A DNA stretch of 64,000 bases from Paraphysomonas bandaiensis (Eukaryota; Protista; Chrysophyceae), in contig CBFFRP010000080.1 in the NCBI GenBank assembly GCA_965644295.1, positions 186,001 to 250,000 on the forward strand, given 5' to 3'. Under the pieces are notes generated by a model, which did not search any database, was not told where the DNA came from, and worked only from the letters and a program-made list of their open reading frames with translations. The position numbers and the translations under genes were made by a program. Below are positions 48,301 to 61,216 of this stretch, one piece after another. Within the stretch, counting starts at the first letter, position 1. Each line of letters starts with the position of its first letter.

Positions 48301-51300
48301 TAACTTCAAAAGTAGTGGCAAGCTGTCCAGCAAGCTCCGTCACTCCAAGTGAATCTAAACCGTAATCCATCAACTGTGCGTCATCTGGAACATCCGGGGA
48401 GTCAAGAAGAGGGATAATCACCGAACGAACCCTCGATATAACTTCTGATGCACTCAGGCTTATTTTTGTATGGGGTCTAGAACCTATCGTTGCAGATAGT
48501 TTAGTGCTTAGAAACATAGAGGTATCATGTATAACGTTAGAAAATTGGCGTTTGATTCTTCCTGATATCCATTCAAAAAATCCACGAGGTATTAAAGTAA
48601 CAATCGTGCTATTGATGCTGGACGAGTCAAGTAGCATGTGTCTCATCACATATTCGACATAGGACGGATTTACACTTGTGCCATTCATGTCAACGCCACC
48701 TGCGGCTGCCATTCCTATACCTGATACATTCGGCCATCGCACACTGAACCCACAAAGTCCGATTCTGCGCCTATACTCCACTAGCCCATCAATAAATCCA
48801 TTGGCCAAGCAATAAGATGACTTCCCAAACAACCCAACTGAAGCTGACATAGATGAAAATCCTATGAAGGTTGTCAAGTCATCCCCTAACGTGTGCTTGT
48901 GCAATAACCACGCACTGTGCGCCTTAGATGCCCACACATCAGCACAACCAGATGCTGCACCACCACCTCGTAACGTTCCATCACGTACTACTCCTGCTGC
49001 ATGAATGATGCCCCGAATTCCCCCACCCATCTCACGAACCTCTCGTAACATATCCACCACTGAAGATTCGTCGGATACGTCACAACACATCACATGAACC
49101 TCACTGCCAGAAGACTCTCGTAGCCACTCCAATTCAGTCTCCAGACCCTGGCCAGTATACGACACCTTGCCAGACCGAGACAAAAGTACCAATCTTGACA
49201 CACCTAGGCTTGCTAGTAACCTTGCAGTTAAAAGCCCAAGCCCACCTAACCCACCGGTTACGATGAATGTTCCACTTAGTGAATCATTTTCACGATTCGA
49301 TCTAGTCATAGCAATATCTGAAATCACCAAATCTTCGTATCGCTTAACCATACGTACACCATCGTGATATTTGACCTCCAATTCTCCATCCCACACTAGC
49401 AACTCGTGTTGTACAGCATGAGACAAACGCTCTACCAAGGGTAATGACGGATCCACGTCGATTATTACCATATCAACTCCAGGATATTCCAATTGGGCTG
49501 ACCTCACTGCTCCAGCAAGCGCACAACAAAGTAATTCACTCCGTCCAACTCCACTTTCCAAAAGAATAATAAGCTTCTTAGTTCTACTACAGAGGATATC
49601 AAGAATATGAAGCCAATCCGTGGCATCAAGCTCTTCCTCACGATTCTTCGAGGTTTCCGTATCTCTGATGTAATCCGCACTGGGGTGAAGTATGCCAACC
49701 GCTTCAACTACAACAAGATCATACACTATATTACTTCTCGAGAATTCTTCTTTTTCAAGAATCAAGTTTGTAGTTGTGATTCTTCGAATGCAAGTATCAT
49801 TTGTGCAAACTGATCCGAAGATTTCAGTGATATCTTGATTCTCATGACAATTTCCTACAAACAAACACGACGATAACTTTATGCACTGATTTGGCGGACT
49901 CAATGATGAAACCCACGAACTTCTAAGGTTAACACACCGATCAATATCACCAATTCCTAAAGAACCAACAGAACAAAGTACGACACCTATTGCTGAAAAT
50001 ACCAATGATCCATCGATAGATAATATGCTGCATTTGTATGTAACACCACCGTCCGATAATACCATGCGTTTCACATGCACGGTACAGATACCAGATGTAG
50101 ATAACTTCCCCAGAGCAGCGGAAAACACTCGCACATCTTCAACCGCAATTGCTACTCCAGGAATGCATTCGGGATTACCTCCATTATATTTTGACAGCAA
50201 TGATGACATCAATATACTTATCTCAATCAGCTGAGGTGGAAGCAAGTATGCTTCCCACAGAACTGATCCAGCTACACTCATATCTGCAATAGCCTCGGAA
50301 CAATCCTCAGCAATATAAACGTTCCGCAACAGCCGAAAACTCGGACCAAGATGTACCCCACCATTGGAGTACTTTTCGTAAAAGTCATCGACGTTGACTC
50401 TCACCGAACAAATAGACTGTGCGATTGATATCATATCAGGTGTATCTGGAACAGGGGAGTTATTCACGATATCGTCGCCACATACGAAACATTGCGCACA
50501 TAGTGCGCGACTATCATCCTCACTATCGACGTACAAACTAAGTAAACCATCACTGTCACACACGCACCAAAGGGTGGTAACCAAAGAGTTATCATAACTA
50601 CTTTCAGCAACACTACTCACTGCAACAGGTTGAAGAATAGCGACGTCTCTAATTCTGGTTGTGGTGCTGTTTTTGGTTCTCGACGATAACTTTGACCACC
50701 CATGAGCAGCAGCACAAAATATTTCAATAATAGCTCCAGGTGGAAGTACTATAATATCACGTATTGAATAGTCTTTCAGCCAATCCTCTATTATTCCGCG
50801 ATGTAATCTGATTCGGAATGTTGCATTACCAGAAAACGAGTCCACTGACATCTCTTGTAACAATCTATGGCATTTCTCAAAGTACTGGTAGCGTTTCTTT
50901 TTCTGTCCTAATAGAGAATAATTGTTCACGGAATCTTTTCCAGAAACCCACAGAAATGAAGTGCTACCACCATCAATCGAATATCCACGCATCAACTGCT
51001 TACCCATGCGGCTCAATGTAGAATCTGCACCCATCTCAACAAACACGCAATCACCATCACGACTCTCTCCAGTAAAACATACCTCCACTGCTGACTCATA
51101 CAACACTGGCTGCAATATATGCTTCAACCAATATGACGATGATATTAACTCCTCATCCGCATAATGTCCCGTCACAGTAGACACAAACTTAATCGTCGGA
51201 AGATTAAACTGTACTAATAGCAACTCCTTCTCATAAGCAGAAATAATATCTGCCATCAACGGAGAGTGAAATGCCCTCGATACATTCAACTGACGATGGC

Positions 51301-54300
51301 TTATATTCATCAAACCAGTGCTGTTCAACACTTTCTGAACTCCATCCACAGACCCGGATACTACCACACTACGAGGTCCATTCACTGCAGCCACAGACAC
51401 TTCGTTCATCAAACCTGAATCAGAGATTGCACTGATTACCTCATCAGCTGTTGCTCGGACGGCATACATGCAACCCACACATCCATCACTCTCCTGCATC
51501 AAGCGACCACGTATACACACCAGTCGCAAACTATCCTCCAATGACAAAACTCCGCTGACAATAGCAGCTGCATACTCTCCTAGACTGTGACCCATCACTG
51601 CAGCTGGGCGAATACCCCGTGACAACCATACCTGACTTAGACAATACTCAAGAGCCACTAGTATAGGCTGAGAGTACGCAGTCTCCGAAAGGTGCCCCGC
51701 TGCACTAATCTCAGTCAAACTGCCACAGATCCCAGGATACAATAACTCAGATGCACCTACACCCAGATGAGATCGGAGAATATCATCACACCGACTCATA
51801 GCGTCACGAAATGTGGACTCCGACTCATACATATCGCGTAATGCGTCAACACTGAGAGTCCCCTGTCCAGCAAACTGCCACACCATACCCGCTATACATG
51901 TCTCTGATGTCGTATCTGATGCGAATTGGCTGCTAGAAATTATAACAGGCGATCGGGAGTGAGATACAGGAGCTTCCTCCAATATCACATGAGATATTGT
52001 GCCGCTATAACCAAATGAACTCACTCCAGCTAACAAAGGACGATCCCCATGTCGAACCAAGGGTGTAGGTTCCGTGGGAAACGAAATTGGACTGCCTGAC
52101 ACAGATGCTGCCACCTTCGAGTTCAACTCACGCAGCTGGGCATTTGGAGGAGCTTGCTTATGATGAAGTGCCAATATAGCCGATAATATACCTCCTATAC
52201 CTGCTGCTGCCTCCATGTGACCGATATTCGCTTTTACACCAGAAACATACAATGTATTCTCTTCACTCCGCCCATGACCATACACCGACGATAAAGCCTC
52301 CGTCTCAATAGGATCACCTAGTTTCGTCCCAGTCCCATGAGCCTCAATAAGAGATACATCATCAGCATCCACACCAGCATCTGATAATGCCGCACGAAGA
52401 AGCTGCTCCTGGGCAAGACCATTGGGGGCTGTCAAACTAGCACTCTTACCGTCCTGCATCACTGCTGACCCTCGTACAACTGCATATATACCATCATTAT
52501 CTCGTTCAGCATCACTCAATCGTTTCAACACCAAGGCGCCACAGCCCTCAGCTCTGCAGTAACCATTGGCGGATTCATCAAAAGTGTGGCACTTGCCATC
52601 TGGTGATGTCATTCCGGCAATTGCACAGGCAGCAGACGAAGATTGTGTCAAGCAATTCACACCCATCACAACTGCAATATCACAATCATCTAATTGAACA
52701 CTTCGTCTTGCTGTATGGAGAGCCACCAAAGAAGATGAACATGCAGTATCGCATGACATACATGGGCCCTGAAAACCCAATACATACGATATGCGACCCG
52801 CCGCTACTGACAGAGTGCTTCCAGTTGCCCCATAAACCGATGGTATAGCCACCTCAGAAAAAGAGGTGCTATCCTGATAAGAGCTTTCTGTTGCAACTGA
52901 ACCAGAAATTCCAATAAACACTCCAACACGTTTCCCCTTTAATGATGCGACATCATACCCAGCATCGCACAGTGCTTCATATGCACACTCTAGCAGCAAA
53001 CGATGATTTGGATCCATGTGTAATGCCTCTGCATCCGATATACCGAACAACGGCGCATCAAAACTTTCCAATACTTCGTTAGACAAAAATCCGCCATAGC
53101 GAACGCGATCCAGTACGCTTGGATCTATTAATGCACTTCGCGCAATCAATGCATCCACGTCCCATCGACTGTGAGAAACAGTCCCTGTCATATCCTGACG
53201 TGATACAAGCATTTGCCACATCGATTCCAAGCTATTCACATCACCTGGAAAACGACAACTTGCACCCACGATAGCCATATTACCGATACCAAAGTGACTG
53301 TCACAGTTCGTTGTAGCAATATCTCGCGGTTCGTCATTGGTAATTAACAGTCCCAATATCTCAAGAATGTGATTAGTAATATCACCGATAGTAGGGTAAC
53401 TAAAAACCAACGTCGGTGCCAGTTTAACTTCAAAAGTAGTGGCAAGCTGTCCAACAAGCTCCGTCACTCCAAGTGAATCTAAACCGTAATCCATCAACTG
53501 TGCGTCATCTGGAACATCCGGGGAGTCAAGAAGAGGGATAATCACCGAACGAACCTTCGATATAACTTCTGATGCACTCATACTTACACTTGATAGATTG
53601 AGAGTTTCCCTCGTTAACACTTTGCGGTTAATTAATTGATTGGTATCATCAGAGTATATACCCACGAATTGCTTCTTCACTATAGATGACATTGAGCTCA
53701 GTATATCTCTTGGTATAATAGTGATTACTGGGTTGCTAAGGTTGTGAAGGCCGAGAAATACTCGGCGTAGCAATTGCTCGGCCTCAGCAGGAGATATACT
53801 GTAACGTTTCAGAGACGATTCTACCGAAGCTGCCATCCCAATACCAGACACAGGTGGCCATTGAATACTACACCCAGATAGCCCATTCGTCACTCTGTAA
53901 TGCACTAGCCCATCCAAGTATCCATTCGACATAGAATACGCTGTCTGACCAACATTACCTATAGACGCAGCGATCGATGAAAACACCATAAATACAGAGA
54001 GCGAATCATCCAATGTGTGCTTGTGCAATAACCACGCACTGTGCGCTTTAGATGCCCACACATCAGCACAACCAGATGCTGCACCACCCCCACGAATCAA
54101 CGCATCACGAAGTACTCCTGCTGCATGAATGATGCCCCGAATTCCCCCACCCATCTCACGAACCTCTCGTAACATATCCACCACTGAAGATTCGTCGGAT
54201 ACGTCACAACACATCACATGAACCTCACTGCCAGAAGACTCTCGTAGCCACTCCAATTCAGTCTCCAGACCCTGGCCAGTATACGACACCTTGCCAGACC

Positions 54301-57300
54301 GAGACAAAAGTACCAATCTTGACACACCTAGGCTTGCTAGTAACCTTGCAGTTAAAAGCCCAAGCCCACCTAACCCACCGGTTACGATGAATGTTCCACT
54401 TAGTGAATCATTTTCACGATTCGATCTAGTCATAGCAATATCTGAAATCACCAAATCTTCGTATCGCTTAACCATACGTACACCATCGTGATATTTGACC
54501 TCCAATTCTCCATCCCACACTAGCAACTCGTGTTGTACAGCATGAGACAAACGCTCTACCAAGGGTAATGACGGATCCACGTCGATTATTACCATATCAA
54601 CTCCAGGATATTCCAATTGGGCTGACCTCACTGCTCCAGCAAGCGCACAACAAAGTAATTCACTCCGTCCAACTCCACTTTCCAAAAGAATAATAAGCTT
54701 CTTAGTTCTACTACAGAGGATATCAAGAATATGAAGCCAATCCGTGGCATCAAGCTCTTCCTCACGATTCTTCGAGGTTTCCGTATCTCTGATGTAATCC
54801 GCACTGGGGTGAAGTATGCCAACCGCTTCAACTACAACAAGATCATACACTATATTACTTCTCGAGAATTCTTCTTTTTCAAGAATCAAGTTTGTAGTTG
54901 TGATTCTTCGAATGCAAGTATCATTTGTGCAAACTGATCCGAAGATTTCAGTGATATCTTGATTCTCATGACAATTTCCTACAAACAAACACGACGATAA
55001 CTTTATGCACTGATTTGGCGGACTCAATGATGAAACCCACGAACTTCTAAGGTTAACACACCGATCAATATCACCAATTCCTAAAGAACCAACAGAACAA
55101 AGTACGACACCTATTGCTGAAAATACCAATGATCCATCGATAGATAATATGCTGCATTTGTATGTAACACCACCGTCCGATAATACCATGCGTTTCACAT
55201 GCACGGTACAGATACCAGATGTAGATAACTTCCCCAGAGCAGCGGAAAACACTCGCACATCTTCAACCGCAATTGCTACTCCAGGAATGCATTCGGGATT
55301 ACCTCCATTATATTTTGACAGCAATGATGACATCAATATACTTATCTCAATCAGCTGAGGTGGAAGCAAGTATGCTTCCCACAGAACTGATCCAGCTACA
55401 CTCATATCTGCAATAGCCTCGGAACAATCCTCAGCAATATAAACGTTCCGCAACAGCCGAAAACTCGGACCAAGATGTACCCCACCATTGGAGTACTTTT
55501 CGTAAAAGTCATCGACGTTGACTCTCACCGAACAAATAGACTGTGCGATTGATATCATATCAGGTGTATCTGGAACAGGGGAGTTATTCACGATATCGTC
55601 GCCACATACGAAACATTGCGCACATAGTGCGCGACTATCATCCTCACTATCGACGTACAAACTAAGTAAACCATCACTGTCACACACGCACCAAAGGGTG
55701 GTAACCAAAGAGTTATCATAACTACTTTCAGCAACACTACTCACTGCAACAGGTTGAAGAATAGCGACGTCTCTAATTCTGGTTGTGGTGCTGTTTTTGG
55801 TTCTCGACGATAACTTTGACCACCCATGAGCAGCAGCACAAAATATTTCAATAATAGCTCCAGGTGGAAGTACTATAATATCACGTATTGAATAGTCTTT
55901 CAGCCAATCCTCTATTATTCCGCGATGTAATCTGATTCGGAATGTTGCATTACCAGAAAACGAGTCCACTGACATCTCTTGTAACAATCTATGGCATTTC
56001 TCAAAGTACTGGTAGCGTTTCTTTTTCTGTCCTAATAGAGAATAATTGTTCACGGAATCTTTTCCAGAAACCCACAGAAATGAAGTGCTACCACCATCAA
56101 TCGAATATCCACGCATCAACTGCTTACCCATGCGGCTCAATGTAGAATCTGCACCCATCTCAACAAACACGCAATCACCATCACGACTCTCTCCAGTAAA
56201 ACATGCCTCCACTGCTGACTCATACAACACTGGCTGCAATATATGCTTCAACCAATATGACGATGATATCAACTCCTCGCCCACATAATGTCCCGTCACA
56301 GTAGACACAAACTTAATCGTCGGAAGATTAAACTGTACTAATAGCAACTCCTTCTCATAAGCAGAAATAATATCTGCCATCAACGGAGAGTGAAATGCCC
56401 TCGATACATTCAACTGACGATGGCTTATATTCATCAAACCAGTGCTGTTCAACACTTTCTGAACTCCATCCACAGACCCGGATACTACCACACTACGAGG
56501 TCCATTCACTGCAGCCACAGACACTTCGTTCGTCAAACCTGAATCAGAGATTGCACTGATTACCTCATCAGCTGTTGCTCGGACGGCATACATGCAACCC
56601 ACACATCCATCACTCTCCTGCATCAAGCGACCACGTATACACACCAGTCGCAAACTATCCTCCAATGACAAAACTCCGCTGACAATAGCAGCTGCATACT
56701 CTCCTAGACTGTGACCCATCACTGCAGCTGGGCGAATACCCCGTGACAACCATACCTGACTTAGACAATACTCAAGAGCCACTAGTATAGGCTGAGAGTA
56801 CGCAGTCTCCGAAAGGTGCCCCGCTGCACTAATCTCAGTCAAACTGCCACAGACTCCAGGATACAATAACTCAGATGCACCTACACCCAGATGAGATCGG
56901 AGAATATCATCACACCGACTCATAGCGTCACGAAATGTGGACTCCGACTCATACATATCGCGTAATGCGTCAACACTGAGAGTCCCCTGTCCAGCAAACT
57001 GCCACACCATACCCGCTATACATGTCTCTGATGTCGTATCTGATGCGAATTGGCTGCTAGAAATTATAACAGGCGATCGGGAGTGAGATACAGGAGCTTC
57101 CTCCAATATCACATGAGATATTGTGCCGCTATAACCAAATGAACTCACTCCAGCTAACAAAGGACGATCCTCATGTCGAACCAAGGGTGTAGGTTCCGTG
57201 GGAAACGAAATTGGACTGCCTGACACAGATGCTGCCACCTTCGAGTTCAACTCACGCAGCTGGGCATTTGGAGGAGCTTGCTTATGATGAAGTGCCAATA

Positions 57301-60300
57301 TAGCCGATAATATACCTCCTATACCTGCTGCTGCCTCCATGTGACCGATATTCGCTTTTACACCAGAAACATACAGTGTATTCTCTTCACTCCGCCCATG
57401 ACCATACACCGACGATAAAGCCTCCGTCTCAATAGGATCACCTAGTTTCGTCCCAGTCCCATGAGCCTCAATAAGAGATACATCATCAGCATCCACACCA
57501 GCATCTGATAATGCCGCACGAAGAAGCTGCTCCTGGGCAAGACCATTGGGGGCTGTCAAACTAGCACTCTTACCGTCCTGCATCACTGCTGACCCTCGTA
57601 CAACTGCATATATACCATCATTATCTCGTTCAGCATCACTCAATCGTTTCAACACCAAGGCGCCACAGCCCTCAGCTCTGCAGTAACCATTGGCGGATTC
57701 ATCAAAAGTGTGGCACTTGCCATCTGGTGATGTCATTCCGGCAATTGCGCAGGCAGCAGACGAAGATTGTGTCAAGCAATTCACACCCATCACAACTGCA
57801 ATATCACAATCATCTAATTGAACACTTCGTCTTGCTGTATGGAGAGCCACCAAAGAAGATGAACATGCAGTATCGCATGACATACATGGGCCCTGAAAAC
57901 CCAATACATACGATATGCGACCCGCCGCTACTGACAGAGTGCTTCCAGTTGCCCCATAAACCGATGGTATAGCCACCTCAGAAAAAGAGGTGCTATCCTG
58001 ATAAGAGCTTTCTGTTGCAACTGAACCAGAAATTCCAATAAACACTCCAACACGTTTCCCCTTTAATGATGCGACATCATACCCAGCATCGCACAGTGCT
58101 TCATATGCACACTCTAGCAGCAAACGATGATTTGGATCCATGTATAATGCCTCTGCATCCGATATACCGAACAACGGCGCATCAAAACTTTCCAATACTT
58201 CGTTAGACAAAAATCCGCCATAGCGAACGCGATCCAGTACGCTTGGATCTATTAATGCACTTCGCGCAATCAATGCATCCACGTCCCATCGACTGTGAGA
58301 AACAGTCCCTGTCATATCCTGACGTGATACAAGCATTTGCCACATCGATTCCAAGCTATTCACATCACCTGGAAAGCGACAACTTGCACCCACGATAGCC
58401 ATATTACTGATACCAAAGTGACTGTCACAGTTCGTTGTAGCAATATCTCGCGGTTCGTCATTGGTAATTAACAGTCCCAATATCTCAAGAATGTGATTAG
58501 TAATATCACCGATAGTAGGGTAACTAAACACCAACGTCGGTGCCAGTTTAACTTCAAAAGTAGTGGCAAGCTGTCCAACAAGCTCCGTCACTCCAAGTGA
58601 ATCTAAACCGTAATCCATCAACTGTGCGTCATCTGGAACATCCGGGGAGTCAAGAAGAGGGATAATCACCGAACGAACCTTCGACATAACTTCTGTTGCA
58701 CTCATACTTACACTTGATAGATTGAGAGTTTCCCTCGTTAACACTTTGCGGTTAATTAATTGATTGGTATCATCAGAGTATATACCCACGAATTGCTTCT
58801 TCACTATAGATGACATTGAGCTCAGTATATCTCTTGGTATAATAGTGATTACTGGGTTGCTAAGGTTGTGAAGGCCGAGAAATACTCGGCGTAGCAATTG
58901 CTCGGCCTCAGCAGGAGATATACTGTAACGTTTCAGAGACGATTCTACCGAAGCTGCCATCCCAATACCAGACACAGGTGGCCATTGAATACTACACCCA
59001 GATAGCCCATTCGTCACTCTGTAATGCACTAGCCCATCCAAGTATCCATTCGACATAGAATACGCTGTCTGACCAACATTACCTATAGACGCAGCGATCG
59101 ATGAAAACACCATAAATACAGAGAGCGAATCATCCAATGTGTGCTTGTGCAATAACCACGCACTGTGCGCCTTAGATGCCCACACATCAGCACAACCAGA
59201 TGCTGCACCACCCCCACGAATCAACGCATCACGAAGTACTCCTGCTGCATGAATGATGCCCCGAATTCCCCCACCCATCTCACGAACCTCTCGTAACATA
59301 TCCACCACTGAAGATTCGTCGGATACGTCACAACACATCACATGAACCTCGCTGCCAGAAGACTCTCGTAGCCACTCCAATTCAGTCTCCAGACCCTGGC
59401 CAGTATACGACACCTTGCCAGACCGAGACAAAAGTACCAATCTTGACACACCTAGGCTTGCTAGTAACCTTGCAGTTAAAAGCCCAAGCCCACCTAACCC
59501 ACCGGTTATGATGAACGTACCGCTCATCTCAACAACGCCTTCTCCAGGCTTTGAAATGTGAACGTCAGGTAGATTTATGGGTTCGTATCTTTTGACGAGA
59601 CGCACTCCAGAACAATATCGTACTTCTAATTCACTACACTCTGCTGACAAGATATCTTGAACTGCCGTTCGCCTGGCTTCTTCTGGTGATAATGAGGGGT
59701 CGGAATAGATAAATGATATACTAACTGCAGGGTATTCCAGTTGAGCGCTGGTTAATGAAGACGCCATTGCAGTCAAGAAAGGAGAGTAAGTGTCAAAATC
59801 CGAAAACGAACTGACAAATATTACGCGTTTGAAGTAATTTAAACACATATGTAACATCGAAATCCAGACATTGGCCATTTTTGACTGTTCCAACGAACTA
59901 CTTGAAGAAAATAAATACTCATTGTCACATATAACAATCGTACATCTTGAATAATTATCAGTCACAGAAGCACTAGAGCAAAAATTTTGCCACTCCGAAA
60001 CGGTAAAACTCTCAACTTTTAGAACAGAGGAATGCTTACGAAGATCGTTATGCAAATCAAAAGTCCGGGATCTATTTCCGATTAGAACGTACCCACCATA
60101 GCCCCTCTCCCTATCAGATATATTGCTCTCACATTGATGCCACTTAGAAGATAAAATGTAAGAGCTAATATCAGATCTAGAGCCAGCAATATTCTCAGCT
60201 CTGACACCCTTTGCAAGGAGTACAGGTGCACCTGACGCGGAAACCAGAGTACAGTTGTAGACACACTCCTTATCATCTGTTGATAGTATATCAATAATGC

Positions 60301-61216
60301 CCGTGCACCATTCGTGCTCCCAAAGATTAGCAAATCCCTTAGAGTAGATCACAATATCATCAATTGTAGCTGGTATATATGCTTTATAATCGGAGTTGTT
60401 GTTCCCTGCGCAACATACTGAGTGCAGCAATGCATCAATTACGGGAGGCGGAATAATATAAGTAGAACGTAACAGCATCGTGCTTGCCAAAGAAATTTTC
60501 GATAAAATTTGTTTCGAATTCCTTCTGTACAACAAAGACTGGATGAGGCGAAAGGAATCGCCGTAATGCAGTCCCATTTTGTCCAAGCTATTATACATCT
60601 CGGAAATATTTACGGGACAAACACACTCTTCATCCCCAGTGGATGTAGTTTCCAGGATACGCTGTCGCATCATATCAGCACTAACGTAGCGATGATCATA
60701 CTCGCGAGAACACTCTATAAAAAGTATATTGGATTCATCGATGTCCGCGCCAAAAATTTCCACTCGGCCACTGCGAGATGAAATACACCAGAGGTGTGTG
60801 TTGGTATCTACCTTGCAGAGTTTGATGTGCTTGAAGTTTCGCAAACACAACAGTTCGGTTGATGCGGAATTCCCTAAGGACTTCATGCACCCCGAAACAG
60901 CAATGCTAATTCCTGCGGAAGGTGGAAAATAGTTTGAATTATTGATCGTGTAGTCCCCAAGCCAGTCGTTTTTGATGGAATCATGCAGAACAATCGAATG
61001 GATACTAGCTTCGTAAAATGGTACAAATGTACTTCTTTGTATCAACCGATCAATCTGGGTATTTGGCTTATAAGATTTGTAAAATTTTGCATCCGAAAGT
61101 GTGTCGCAGTCAAGAAGCTTGCATAGGTGAATATCTTTAGCAGATATAGTGGTCACTGTGTCTTCCGCTGCTGCGCCCAACACACCTTTCCCTTTAGGAA
61201 ACAAATATCCATCCAT
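38223..61216 (-). CDS. Giant modular type I PKS 'PKS-B' (about 7581 aa). Exons 61216-39249, 39202-39093, 39040-38973, 38922-38476, 38425-38380, 38329-38223
   Basis: Four KS, four AT, four KR, five ACP and five DH-like domains in a 22-kb exon. Five GT-AG introns of 46-52 nt restore an in-frame thioesterase; total spliced length 22746 nt is divisible by 3. Confidence 0.93.
39395..43035 (-). other. Module 9: KS-AT-DH0-ACP (no KR)
   Basis: Repeat identity ends at LVFSA (about 39742); a short unique linker then leads to ACP GLDSLGVTELA with no TGGLGGLG. Confidence 0.88.
39742..59515 (-). repeat. Near-identical intragenic tandem repeat, period 5124 bp (about 3.9 units; modules 6-9)
   Basis: Matching shadow ORFs at 39777/44901/50025/55149 and 42355/47479/52603/57727, all spaced 5124 bp. 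Units differ by scattered SNPs and one swapped KR C-terminal block. Confidence 0.95.
58475..61216 (-). other. Module 5, second half: DH0-KR-ACP at the N-terminus of PKS-B (no KS or AT)
   Basis: WLGDYTINNSNYFPP (His to Tyr at 60950-60952), VIDALLH, KR TGGLGGLG...QTAYSMSN, ACP GLDSL. Confidence 0.85.

Noticed and set aside
8394-60932. Dozens of 60-180 aa ORFs overlapping the PKS genes, many repeated
   Set aside because: Antisense or off-frame shadows of the repeated PKS modules; useful only as markers of repeat period.
8291-61216. Bacterial contamination as the source of the PKS genes
   Set aside because: PKS-B has spliceosomal-type introns of the same size class as neighbouring genes and is contiguous with eukaryotic genes and TEs.
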